DNA of 61,143 nt, filler included, from Sphacelaria rigidula (Eukaryota): the NCBI GenBank assembly GCA_964200075.2. It is 9 parts of 9 records of this genome, joined end to end, with 100 filler letters (N's around TTAATTAATTAA, not from the genome) between each part and the next. Parts side by side here need not be neighbours in the genome. Positions count along the whole stretch, not along the records: positions 6,806 to 13,510 come from CAXNAA020018499.1; positions 13,611 to 20,315 come from CAXNAA020018500.1; positions 20,416 to 27,120 come from CAXNAA020018501.1; 6 more parts are not named here. One strand, 5' to 3'. Within the stretch, counting starts at the first letter, position 1; every line of letters begins with the position of its first letter. Below, piece by piece: positions 11,226 through 22,923 of the stretch. The notes beneath the pieces are model-generated. The model saw only the letters and a program-made list of their open reading frames with translations, was not told where the DNA came from and ran no database searches. A program made the position numbers and the translations under genes.

Positions 11226-12374
11226 CACAGGCGCCGTAGGTAAGGTATCGTACCGAGCGTACCCCCGGTATTTACCGGGGTATCCCATACCGTGGTATGC
11301 GTAGGTATTTTAGGTATGAGTCTTGAAAATACCAGATTGGGCGGGTACGGTAGGTATTGAAATTTTGAAATACCCTGGTATCGTGGGTATCTTAGGTATG
11401 ACATGTGAAAATACCGGATTGGGCGGGTACGGTAGGTATTGAAATTTCGAAATACCCTGATATCGTAGGTATCGTAGGTATGACATTTCAAGATACCAGA
11501 TTTGGCGGATACGGTAGGTATTGAAACATCGAAATACCCTGGTATCGTAGGTATGACATTTCAAAATACCGGATTGGGCGGATACGGTAGGTGTTGGAAT
11601 TTCGAAATACCCTGATATCGTAGGTATCGTCAGTATGAGTTTCGAAAATACCGGATTGGGTCGGTATCGGTAGGGTATGAGATGTCCCGAATACCAGTAC
11701 CGGGTACCTGCTTTACCCTCTACACCGAATTCAAAACTGTCATCTGGCAGTGCGAAGCGTTTCAGATTTGGTTGCAAGTTGGGTAGTCGACGTTTTCACA
11801 GGCACCGTAGGTAAGGTACCGTACCGAGCGTACCCCCCGGAATTTACCGGGTATCCCATAACGTGGTATGCGTAGGTATCGTAGGTATAAGTTTCGAGAA
11901 TACCGGATTGAGCGGGTGCGGTAGGTATTGAAATCTCGGAATACCCTGGTATCGTGGGTATCGTAGGTATGACATTTGAAAATACTGGATTGGGCGGGTA
12001 CGGTAGGTACTGAAATTTTGACATACCCCGGTATCGTAGGTATGAGTTTTGAAAATACCGGATTGGGCGGATACGGTAGGTACTGAAATGTTGAAATACA
12101 CTGGTATCGTTTGTAGTACAGTTCAAAATACCGGATTGGGCTGGTACGGTAGGTACTGAGATATCGAAATACCCTGGTATCGTAGGTATCGTATGTAGTA
12201 CAGTTCAAAATACCGGAATTGGCTGGTACGGTAGGTACTGAGATCTCGAAATACCCTGGTATCGTAGGTATCGTAGGTATGGCATTTGAAAATACCGGAT
12301 TGGACCGGTATCGGTAGGGTATGAGATGTTCCAAATACCGGTACCGGGTACCTACCCTACCTACGGTGCCTGTG
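11226..12374. mobile_element. Non-autonomous DNA transposon made of two tandem units, TIR CACAGGCRCCGTAGGTA, 8-bp TSD CAACGGAG
   Basis: Left end CACAGGCGCCGTAGGTA at 11226, right end TACCTACGGTGCCTGTG at 12374. CAACGGAG lies at 11218-11225 and 12375-12382. Internal 70-80-bp GGTAT/ATACC-rich repeats. A second left end is at 11797. Confidence 0.88.
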
Positions 12375-13270
12375 CAACGGAGCATACGACGATATGTCGG
12401 TGAAGTGGCCGGAAATGGTTGCGTATGCATGAATGAAAAATACGCGAGTGTGGAGGGGGTGACTGTTGAGTCGACACTGCATGCGGGTTGTCCGCAGGTT
12501 TCCGTGCAATGACCTGACAACTGCGGCTGGGGTTCGCTGCCGTCCAGCGGGGCATTCGTGTCATCTAGATGAAACACCGCGAATTACGTGGTCAGATTAG
12601 TAGAAGCAACGTATTGGTGCAGTTGAGTAAAAGTTGTATATAATCCCTTACATGTTTTGAGTTGGGTGGTGCTAAGCTGCCCGTAGGTTGACCAATACGA
12701 TGGATGAAAATATGCAGCGGCGACGTGACGTATGAGATGGCTTCATGTTTGTCGCTGTTTTTTTTTTTTTTTGCTCGCAATCGATGTATAATAGTCAATC
12801 TTGGGGGTGCACGCGCCTGCATTTTTTGGAAGCTTGGGGGCATAGTTTGCGTCAATCAATTGGTATTTCAAGTTGACATCGTTGTAGATTCCTGATGAAT
12901 ATCCTCGTCTGTCCTTGTGCACTCGTGCGTACATTAGTATGTTGCCTGTCAACATGATGAGCAGGGTGACTTGATGGAGAGCTGGTGCTCCCTGTGCTTG
13001 GGTTCACCTTACGAGTACTCCGTGCACCTGAGGTCGAGGTCGCACGCGCAAGCTAATTGCTGCAATTAGCTTTTTCTTGGTCGCGTTGACGCCCTCTTGG
13101 TGGATACGATGCCGGTTATGCCTTACACATAAGATGGCGAAATCTACCAGGATTATGACCCACATTTTGATTCCCACCATGCACATGTCGTGACACCTCG
13201 ACGGTCACTTCAGGAATTTTTGCCTTTCCACATGGTGGGCGCACAACACGGTGGCATCAATATCAACCCC

Positions 13271-13356
13271 CCTCCGTCTCGAAAGGGATGCGTGGTGGGT
13301 GGTCGAATGACTAACGCAAGTAACGGATGAGTACGCTCCCTTCCCCCCCCCCCCCT
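13271..13356 (+). mobile_element. Family A non-LTR 3'-end fragment
   Basis: CCGTCTCGAAAGGGATGCGTGG...GATGAGTACG followed by a C-tract. Confidence 0.7.
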
Positions 13357-13610
13357 CTTTCGGAGACACCCACAAGGCAGTGTGTTACCCGTGGATGTCT
13401 CTGGAAGTGGCGATACCAGAAAATAACGCAACTCATTGTAGGCTGTCAGCCAAATGCAAGATGATCAGTAGGCTTCGGGCCGAAAATCTTAGCAGGATGC
13501 AGCTCACCCTNNNNNNNNNNNNNNNNNNNNNNNNNNNNNNNNNNNNNNNNNNNNTTAATTAATTAANNNNNNNNNNNNNNNNNNNNNNNNNNNNNNNNNN
13601 NNNNNNNNNN

Positions 13611-13688
13611 AGTGTGGGGAAAGCACTGTTTTAGGCTTGAACCTCATCTCGGAGTTAAACCTCAATTCGCACAATTATTTGTTGTTTA
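13611..13688. mobile_element. Terminus of the foldback MITE family (compare 22449-22873) at a scaffold start
   Basis: GTGGGGAAAGCACTGTTTTAGGCTTGAACCTCAT matches 22804-22840 and 20416-20470. Confidence 0.7.
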
Positions 13689-16600
13689 TTTTACTTTATT
13701 ACTCTGATTTCTTTTAGTTTCGTGCATTATACGGTTGTTTTCAATTTGTCGTGCCTCCTCACCAAAAGCCTGTACGCCCTCCTAACGTGACCCATACGGC
13801 AGGGGCGGTCATTTCCTTGTTCATAACGACTAGCACTTGATTCCTTCCACTTTTCCTTTCCTTTCCTTTTCTTAGGCCAGATTTCCGCTTTGTTTACCTT
13901 GGGTGCGTCTATGTATATGCGAACACGACTAGATTCCTCCGGGATCGGAGCTGGGCCAGCTGATGATGGTGTTTCATGTCGGTAATCGGGCGACGGGGTG
14001 CTCAATTTGAGGAGTTAGGTGGTGAAGTTTTGACATGACCTTTCAATCATCAATACGCGCAACATTGGTGGCGATTCCAAGAAGAAGCCAAATAAATGAA
14101 AAAGTTGGAACGGTTTGGAACTTCAGCAAAAAAACTGCAAAATGTCACAACTCCGTGTGAAAAAACGGCGGCATCCCCGGAAATGAACTTAGTATTTGCG
14201 GGCAGAATATTCTGTTAAAATTTCGGCTGAAGACTCCTAAATGGGCCCAGCGTGGAACTTCTTGTGTGACACCACTGCGCTTCTGTAGTCTAAGTGATAC
14301 CGAAGACTCCACTTATTATGCAGATCACCAGTTCCATCTCCGACAGATCCTCTTTTGTTGGCAGATTCTGGTTCCGTCGTGGAGATCATATACTATGAAG
14401 TGCATTTTTTTTCAAGCTGCAGAGCGTGCATGGCCAGGTTGGTCTGCGATTCACAGCGATGTGCTCAACTCGGGCTAATCCGGGAAACTTGAGAAGAAGT
14501 CGTTGTGGGCTGTGCGTTTCTAAATTTTACGGCTGGCTCAGCTCGTAGTGAGATATTCTGTCAGGTAGCACTTCTCGGGTTACAACAGGAGAAGGGATAG
14601 GGTCCAAGAAATCGGGCTCATCTCTTGGCCACCAAGATTCCATGAGTTTTGCTCCGACCAATAAAAAAACCGAGTGTGATATAACTTCCTCTCTCTAGAT
14701 ACCAATTGTACTATAAAATAGATATTTGATTATATATTTTGGGCGAGGTTAATAATAAGAAATTCCGGATCAGTCTTGTTAGATATTATATGTGCTCGAA
14801 TTCAAGCAACATAAGAAAATACTACTACTACTCCTACTCCCAAGAGGTCCCTTGCACCAGGCTTCAGGTAGGAGGAAGGAGGCCATACAAGAACAACAAA
14901 AGCGTCGTGGAAACAGGCTGGGACTCAGCGTTATGAAGATCGCACATTCGGGTAGACAATACGTATCGTCAATTCTTCAGAAAGAAGATACAACACCGCG
15001 ATAATAGTACAAGAGCCGCTTTTTACGACGAACTGTATTTGGCCAAACGACTTTTGACTTTTGCGATCGGCAAACGGGACAGGAATAGAAAATATGGGTA
15101 ATGATGGTAGCGTAAAAAATAGGTGTGCTTATCCTCCCGCATCCTCGGACACGCGCGCTAGAACGCATTTGGTACCAACGGAGACGGGATGCTGGCCCAT
15201 GCTTATGCTCGGCGACCAGCAGGCTTTGCTGTGCATGCCAGAGCAACGAGGTAAATTCCATAAAATCACGATAAATCTAGTTTTCTTAGACGAAAAAGCA
15301 CCTCTTACGTCGAGCACATGATCGAGGATCGATTGCTGCTCACGTTTTGCGCTGCTGTTGCAACTGCCACAATGAAGTTGCATGTGATGCGAAATAGCGG
15401 CAGTGCATGCCATGATGTGCTGTACAATGTGCTGTACTACTGCTGTAGTGTACGTCAGGCGCAGGTCTTCCAGATTATGTTGATATATGTAAGGAACCTT
15501 GGCAATTCGTATGCAAGCCTTGTTGAGTTATCGCGCACATACGGCAGACACAGGACGTATTGAGGCACAGCTGACAGTATAGCCCAGCTCACAGTACTCG
15601 TATAGTTCTGCAACAAGTTCATGGCATCACGAGTACGAACCAATAATCATGCCCTGGGCGCAGTAAAGTACGGAAGACTGCGCTTGACTGCATGTAACTC
15701 TCAACTCCGATCCAGTATGAGTACAAGATGAAAATAGTATCGTTGGTATCAATGATGAGTTTCGTTCATCTTTTACGGTGCAGCATGTGTTTCAATCCGG
15801 CACCACACCCTCAATGTACGGCTTAACTCAAGAGCGCGAGCAGTGGAGGGGGTGCTGAAGGACCACAAACCGCCCTCCGGATGGCTGACACACGCAGAAC
15901 CTACTCAAAAATGGTCAGAGAAGGGTGAGGGGAGGGGGGGGGGGGAAGCTGTACTGTCACTCTACGTAATGAAGATGGGGGCGCATGCTGCGCCGAAAAT
16001 GTTTTCAAGTAAACACGAAAAGCAAGGTAAGTTTCACATACCCCCTTGGCACAAAACCTGTTTTCTAAACATCATCGATTGACCTTCACCGTTGTGGATC
16101 CCGATGCCGATGCTATAAGGTAGGAGGAATCACTTGAGTGCTCAGGAATGGTCTGGTTTCTGTTGAGGAATGCTTTGGTTTTTATTTTGGTGGTCTCCTA
16201 CCCCACCCATCGAAGAATGTATTTAGATTGAAGCTCTACTCGAGAGCTTTCCGACGGCGACGTCCGCATCTGTCAATCTTCGGGTGACAGACTCCAAAAC
16301 ACGCAAATATATCTCGGAACAATTACGTCAAGTTGAGGCTTTTTTGCAGTTTTATCGACACCGGCAATGACGTGACGCATCTTATGAGAATGAGCGAGAA
16401 GTCTGTGGGTATCGTTTTCGATTGGTGGCTGGATTGTGCTACGAATCGCGGAACCGCCACGTCTGCAGAACCAGGCTAGATTGGGTATCGGTTCAGGAGT
16501 CCGTGTTTACAATTGCAAAATGCACACGGTCATCCTCCATTCCAGTCCAGCGCGCAGCACCGTACGATGCTATAATACGCAGACTACAGTTGCTCATGTA

Positions 16601-17527
16601 TTTGCGTAGCACAACATGCAACTGCCGCTAGCCGCGTGCTGAGCGTGCGCTGTATTCTCTCACCCTGAGAGGAGGGTATCTTACAAAATGTACGTGAACA
16701 ATGGTTGATTGGGAAAATCATGGAATGTTCCACTATTACACGCTGTGTTTACAGGTTTGTGTTCTTATGCGCAGAAAATTTTTCACGCTGCCCACCTGCC
16801 GGGTTCGAAAAATTTAGAACCTTTCCGGTTCGAGATGATGGCGGAGATTATTTGCATATTCCGAGCTTGTTTTGCCGTGCTGGTGTAGCCTCTAGTACGC
16901 TGTTTGCACCTCAACGAATGACCTGAGCAAGAAAACATGAGGTGGCTGAACGAGTATCTGTTGATGCCTGATCGATGCCGATGGAGAATTTCTACGGCAT
17001 GCGTGAAGGTAGTAATTTGGGGAGAAGAACGGCTGGGATGCTGTACAGTCCTACCAGGAAGGCATCGGGGGGAAAGAGGGAGAAGTTGTGAGGGCGTGGG
17101 TTGCGAGGCCATATGGAGTACCAGGGAGAGTGATGACAGAGTGGAGGAGGGTGAAAGAATGGAGGAGAGAGGGGGGTTTTATTCGGCTATTTTCCCACCG
17201 TTATGGTGCAAAATGTCGCGGAAGAAATCGTTATAGGGAGTGTTATCTTACGTCACTGATGCTACGTCTGCGAGTACGCCTCAAAGATTTTTGAGGTGTC
17301 CGATGAGTGCCAGGACCCCATTGCTTGCTCGAATTAAAAAAAAAAGTGTGCCATTCCGCCGGACTTACATATGTGCTTCCACCCCGCGGTGGTGTAATGG
17401 TCCGACTGTCGCCGTTAGGGTGGAGAGCACGAGGGTCCGATTCACAATGCGTTGGTTTCTTCTTTGTAGTATTCGATTTCCACCGTGGAAAGCGTGAGGA
17501 CGTTAGTAAACAAAGTTGTCGACTGCG

Positions 17528-17665
17528 TTTGTTTGATGGGACTTGACGAGGCGCGGTGGTACTGACCCAATCCGCGAGAGCAAAATGCAAGCCGTGTAGC
17601 GGGGAGACATGGGTTGGTCCCTTGAGACCACGGACTGATCCCGAGGAGGGGGAGGAGTTCAAAGC
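17528..17665 (+). repeat. Dispersed repeat family D
   Basis: CCAATCCGCGAGA..ATGGGTTGGTCCCTTGAGACCACGG..ATCCCGAGGAGGGGG. Inverted homologues at about 27995-28140 and 46560-46620. Confidence 0.6.
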
Positions 17666-17686
17666 GCGAAAAAATATTAGATGAAA

Positions 17687-18304
17687 CGAGGGTCTGGCGA
17701 CAGATTTTTTTCGGACACGGAGCCCCCCCTCTCCTTCCGGAGGGCAATTTTTCGAAAATTGTCATGGTTTTCGACCTTTTGGGGGGGGGGATTTTCGTGG
17801 TAATTTGTTCAATTTTTTGTTGAAATTGTTGAAAGAAATTGATCAACGCTGACAAAAACCGAAAACTCTGGCGGGCTTTGCGTGGTTCGTATATTTGCTT
17901 CTGCTCCTTGCCCGCCCTGTCCCGATGACCTCGAATGCCGGCAATGCTCACACACATCTATTTGAAATACACGAGCGCACGGTAGCAACAGCCTACGGCC
18001 AAAGTAGCAACACTATCTCATGCATCGCCAAATTCGCCCGGACTACTAGTAGTAGGTAGTCGAGGCACCCTACAAGGAACATGATCCCATTAATGTTATC
18101 ATGGTAGGTGATGAGCTTAGAATGGCGGTGTGCCCGTCATCTCAGCGGTCTTCATGCCAAGAATCCCCGTACACGGCAGCTGACCGCATCCACCAACGCC
18201 TCGACAATAAAGTAGGGGACAGCAGGTTCTTCCCCCCCCTCAAAAACTCGAATTTTGGACTTTGGGGCCTGCGTGTCCCGAAATATATTCTCGACAGATC
18301 CTCG
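17687..18304. mobile_element. Non-autonomous DNA transposon with imperfect ~40-bp TIRs and a 7-bp flanking duplication GATGAAA
   Basis: Left CGAGGGTCTGGCGACAGATTTTTTTCGGACACGGAGCCCC versus right (reverse complement) CGAGGATCTGTCGAGAATATATTTCGGGACACGCAGGCCCC. GATGAAA at 17680-17686 and 18305-18311. Confidence 0.65.
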
Positions 18305-20233
18305 GATGAAAAAAAATAACAATAACATGTTCATTGCCCAGCTCACCAATGGTTTTCTTTTTACGCGTAGATTATCGTCGAGACCTCTTCAGGGTGGTGT
18401 GCAAGAGTCGTGTACAGTAGAGTGGGGCGTTATTGACGGTTTCTTCGCTTGCCCCGTTCATCACAGTGCTCGTTTAATCCCAAAGTTTCGGGGGCCGAGT
18501 GCCGTCGCAATAGGCAACTCAAAACCAGCCCCCGAACGATCACGAAGGAAATTATCATACGGTGAATTGTAGCTGGGTTCAGTCCGCAGAAGCACCTTCT
18601 CATCATTATTTGCATGATTATTTCCGCCAGATTTGCTCGATCTCTCGAACCCGTGGTCACAGCGCATGAATCAGACCATCCATATGCACAAATAAAACAA
18701 CGACAGAGGAAGGCGAGAATTAATTATCATCTGGTATGGGCGACATTGGCAAAAACGACCCCAAGAGTTGGAGTTCCTGGCTTCTTCTTGTACTCCGCTT
18801 TTCATCTCGATTTACGTGTAGATTTTGCCTCCACAAACTAACCACTTTCCTGTGCGGTGCTGTCGCGGCATCAGTGGTGATCCGCCCGACATTCTCAAAA
18901 TAAAAAACAATTCCTGCAAATCAACATGGAGTCCCCCCCCCCCGCCGTCCTCCGCGGCCAGAGAGAGAAAAATGCAAAAAAATAAACATGTGAACACTTG
19001 CGAAAAAAAAAGTAGTGTAGCGAGGAATTTGAACCCATAGCTATTAATAGCCTGGCAACCCACCTGCCTCAGTTCACTCGCCACAGTTGGCACGCAGTAA
19101 ATTTTTAATATTCAAACGAAAAAGGTCAGCATTTTTTCCCACCTCAAAATCTCAAAACCAGATCATGACCAACACAAGACGGAACAAGGTGGGCACACAA
19201 TGGGCCGGAGGCCTACAGCAACCCAATCTACCGTACGGCAACAATGTAGACGCCGCCAACCGTATTCCCCAAATCCCTCGGGAGGACCTGGCTCAACTAA
19301 ATATCCTGGTTATCCGGCAGTGGTGCGATGCGCAGTTCACCGCGCTTGTCGAACGACCTCATAAGGGGCGACTCGCAGAAGCAGCGCCCGTAGACCCGCT
19401 CCTGCGTGTAGCAGGCACGGGCGTACCTGTTGTGATTCCTTGCATGCCCGACCGCCAAGTCGCACGTCCCACCGTTAATTGCTGCGTTTTCCAACTATTT
19501 TATCAACGTGATGTTGAACGTAAACGCATCAAAGCTAGAGCTCGGAAATGGTTCGTCCAACCATTAACCAGTGGAATGGTTACGCGTAGGGCACTCAGTA
19601 ACCAGTTGAATGGTACGTAATGGGTTGGTCATCGAGCGGCGCAGCCGCGAGCCGAAAAGCCCCCCCGGCGGAGGGGGCCTCGCCGGAGTCGCCCCCGCAG
19701 GGCCCCGCTGGAGGCGTCGTGCCGGAGGCACGTTTTTACACGATTTGGCTTCACTAAAGCTAAAAAATACGTTATATTTGGGCCAATTTTCAAGGGCTGT
19801 ATGTAGCATAAGTAGCCGGTAACGACTTATACAGCCGGTAACGGTAAATAATGCTTTGAAACCGTTATCCAAAAATTTCACATAACCATTACCATTATTA
19901 CCATTATAATGATAAGGGCCAGTTCTAACTGGTACCATTTCCGACCTCTAATCAAAACCCATCCCACTAACGGTAGGGAGATGGTTGGTTTTCTTGGAAC
20001 GGTTTTGTTCGTGGGAATTACCATTAACTCCACTGAGCTGCTTGCACCTTGAAAGGCCAACGTACTTTTTGTGGCATGGGCCTTGGTGGTTGCTCTCGTG
20101 CGGTCCATCTGGCTCTAGCCAAATACCCACTCTTTTCCCACCGTAGAAGTGGCCGTACTCCTGCACTGATCGCTCCCGATTCCGTCGGAAGTTGAGCGAA
20201 ATATTGTAGCCACTTAGCCTCCCATTGTCGTCC

Positions 20234-20265
<32 letters not shown>

Positions 20266-20632
20266 ACCCCGCCCGCGACCGCGCAGCCACCCACCGGCGT
20301 CATGGGGCGGCGGCCNNNNNNNNNNNNNNNNNNNNNNNNNNNNNNNNNNNNNNNNNNNNTTAATTAATTAANNNNNNNNNNNNNNNNNNNNNNNNNNNNN
20401 NNNNNNNNNNNNNNNGTTTTAGGCTTGAACCTTATCTCGAAGTTAAACCTCAATTCGCACAATTTGTTGTTAAACATTGTTCCGGAGTTTTGCCAAACTC
20501 CCGCGAAATGATGAACAAGGAATAGTTCCATGAGAAGTGAAGTGGCGCCGTTGGTATTTCGGAAAAGAATTCCCGTTGCTGTATATGTTTTAAAGAATGA
20601 AACAGGGAACTTCGTAGGTGAGAAACTCCCTG

Positions 20633-20880
20633 GACTAATGTCGAGATAATCCCCTCACAAAAAGTGCACCGGAGGCCGTCCGACAAATCGGCTACGATCT
20701 CCCTATTGGGCTCGTTTGCAGCGATTTCGCCCACATGAGAGGCGTGTAGCAGTCCGGAATCAGCTATAATCCCAAATGAGTCGCGTTGTGCAGCACGAAA
20801 CCACGTACAACGGCATTTATGATCATCGCCTCCGTGCACGGTTTTGGCCGGTTCGGGGGGGGGCTATCTCGTCAGTAGTC
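20633..20880. mobile_element. ~250-bp MITE, copy 1, 4-bp TSD CCTG
   Basis: Ends GACTAATGTCGAGATA and TATCTCGTCAGTAGTC. CCTG at 20629-20632 and 20881-20884. Homologous along its length to 24214-24464. Confidence 0.8.
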
Positions 20881-21912
20881 CCTGCCCCTTGAGAGTTTTC
20901 CCAGCACTCCGAAAAACTCCGGCATCATTTTCTTTCAAGATGAGTGAATCCAATGAACAGAGCCTTCCCTCACCTGGTGAGAGCCCTTTCGAATGTACTA
21001 TAGATTGCTCTGTGCCCAGGGCGCTTCCAATTTTAATTTACTTCGGTGTTTGTGACGTTGTGGTCTTGAATTGCGGCGGTGAAACCAGAGCGGTCTCGGC
21101 TGGGCCCTTGTTAGAAGTGGCTCTAAAGTGAAAGTCTGCCGCATGCACCCGGGGTATGGTGATATGTCGTTGCACGGAAGCGTCATTTCTTATTGAAGCA
21201 TGAATCGTGTTCGTGTTACCGCGATCGCCCTACATTCGCATGGGCCCGTAGCAAGCCGGCGCTGAGACGCGAGCCATTTCCCGGAAAAATCACGCTAGGT
21301 CGTCCCGCACTAGTCCCAGCCATTACCATGCCTGTTTTCAAGTGCACGTACAGGACTTGCTTCCTGGTATGCCATGGACTATAAGTTGCAAACTGCTGCT
21401 TATCGGGTAGACAGGAGACAACGTCAAGGGTCAAGCAGCTGCCCGCTGGGCCGAGGAAACCCATATCGGGAAATGGCGGCACGACCTCCCCCCAGGTCGC
21501 CCGAACCCCATTTGGGGGCCGTAGGAGGGAAGGGGGGATACCCTATTGGGGGACGGGGGGTACCCCCCTGATCGATGGATGATGGCGATAGTAGTTGCTG
21601 TGTGTGTGCGCATCGGTCTTAGAACACGCATCAATGTATTTAAAATATGCTGCTTGCCGGTGTGTTTGACACTGTGTACACTGCGTATCAACCACAGCCT
21701 GACGCCTTTGGCGGCACTACCCGCTCACTGCACAGCGGCAGAGTGCAAGATGGGAAAGCACACCGCACGACATCACATCCTTAGCCTATCCCTGTCCTGC
21801 ATTGATTTTGCGCTGCCCTATGCAGTTCGCCACATCAAGAACGCAGCCGCTTGTACCTGCGGCCAACGTGTACGCGGGATATCACCCTGTTGATTATGTG
21901 GTAATTTGACTC

Positions 21913-22171
21913 TGTGACGAAATCACGCCTGCACGTTGAGTAGATGGTGATGATCGGGTGATGACTTGAGATCTGTATTGATGACATGGATGATGGTATG
22001 GACACAGGGGTGCTACCCTGATGTGGTTTATGGGGCGTATGTGCCTGGAAGGCACTCCGGGAATGATAAGGTGTTGTGAAGGCTGACAACTGAGACGTTG
22101 AGGTCAGTGGAACTGGGGAGTCCCTCAACAGCATTTAGACGCTGCAGTTCTAGTAACCTGCTGGCGTCACA
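21913..22171 (+). repeat. Candidate 5' LTR of the Gypsy element
   Basis: Bounded by inverted TGTGACG...CGTCACA and lies upstream of gag. The 3' LTR is not in this scaffold, so it cannot be confirmed. Confidence 0.4.
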
Positions 22172-22448
22172 ATATCGATATTAGTGATAGTGCTAGGAGT
22201 TCTAGTCTTGCTAGTTGTGCTATCGTTAGGAGACTGCTAGAAATGTTTCAGCAGGTAGGAGTCTGGACAGCTTGTGAGAGCTTCGGGCATAGAGCTTCAC
22301 GGACGCGTGAGGAGGTTTCAAGCTGAGGTAGCTGCCGAGACGGCTGGCCCGTGATTGATCCAGACTGGAAAATTGCTGGAGCTGCGTGCAGCGGGTGTTT
22401 ATAGGACCCCAAGGCTGTGTGGGGCGGCGAAAAAGGCAGGTGTGAATT

Positions 22449-22873
22449 AACAGAGGATTCTATAAAATGAGGTTCATCAATGAAATGAGGTTCGAGCTCA
22501 AAACAGTACTTTCTCCACGCTTTCAGCGATGACGCCCGATGACTTTCTTGTCAGCCTAAAGCCCCTCCATCGCTTAGATACTTCTTCAGCGCATTTTATC
22601 GACTCTGTGAGCTCACAGCGCTGTCCGAAACCGCCATTTCTACATATTGTTTAGGGGGGGAGTGATACCAGGGAAAACAGCAGTTTCGGTCAGCGCTGTA
22701 AGCTCACAAAGTCGATAGAACGCGCTGAAAAAGTATCTACGCGATCGAGGGGCATTAGGCCGACAAAAACTTCATCGGGCACCATCGCTGAAANNNNNNN
22801 NNNGTGGGGAAAGCACTGTTTTGGGCTCGAACCTCATTTCATTGATGAACCTCATTTTATAGAACCCTCTGTT
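22449..22873. mobile_element. Foldback MITE with ~185-bp inverted arms, inserted just upstream of Gypsy gag
   Basis: AACAGAGGATTCTATAAAATGAGGTTCATCAATGAAATGAGGTTCGAG is mirrored by CTCGAACCTCATTTCATTGATGAACCTCATTTTATAGAACCCTCTGTT. AATT flanks both sides. Confidence 0.88.
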
Positions 22874-22923
22874 AATTGAAGTTCGGAAGAAGGTTTCAGA
22901 AATCTTCGATTTTCCGCTCGAGA

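Noticed and set aside
11226..12374. CRISPR array, or protein-coding repeats (ORFs 11310..11777 and 11762..12577)
   Set aside because: TIRs plus a TSD identify a transposon. The ORFs are read-through of tandem repeats.
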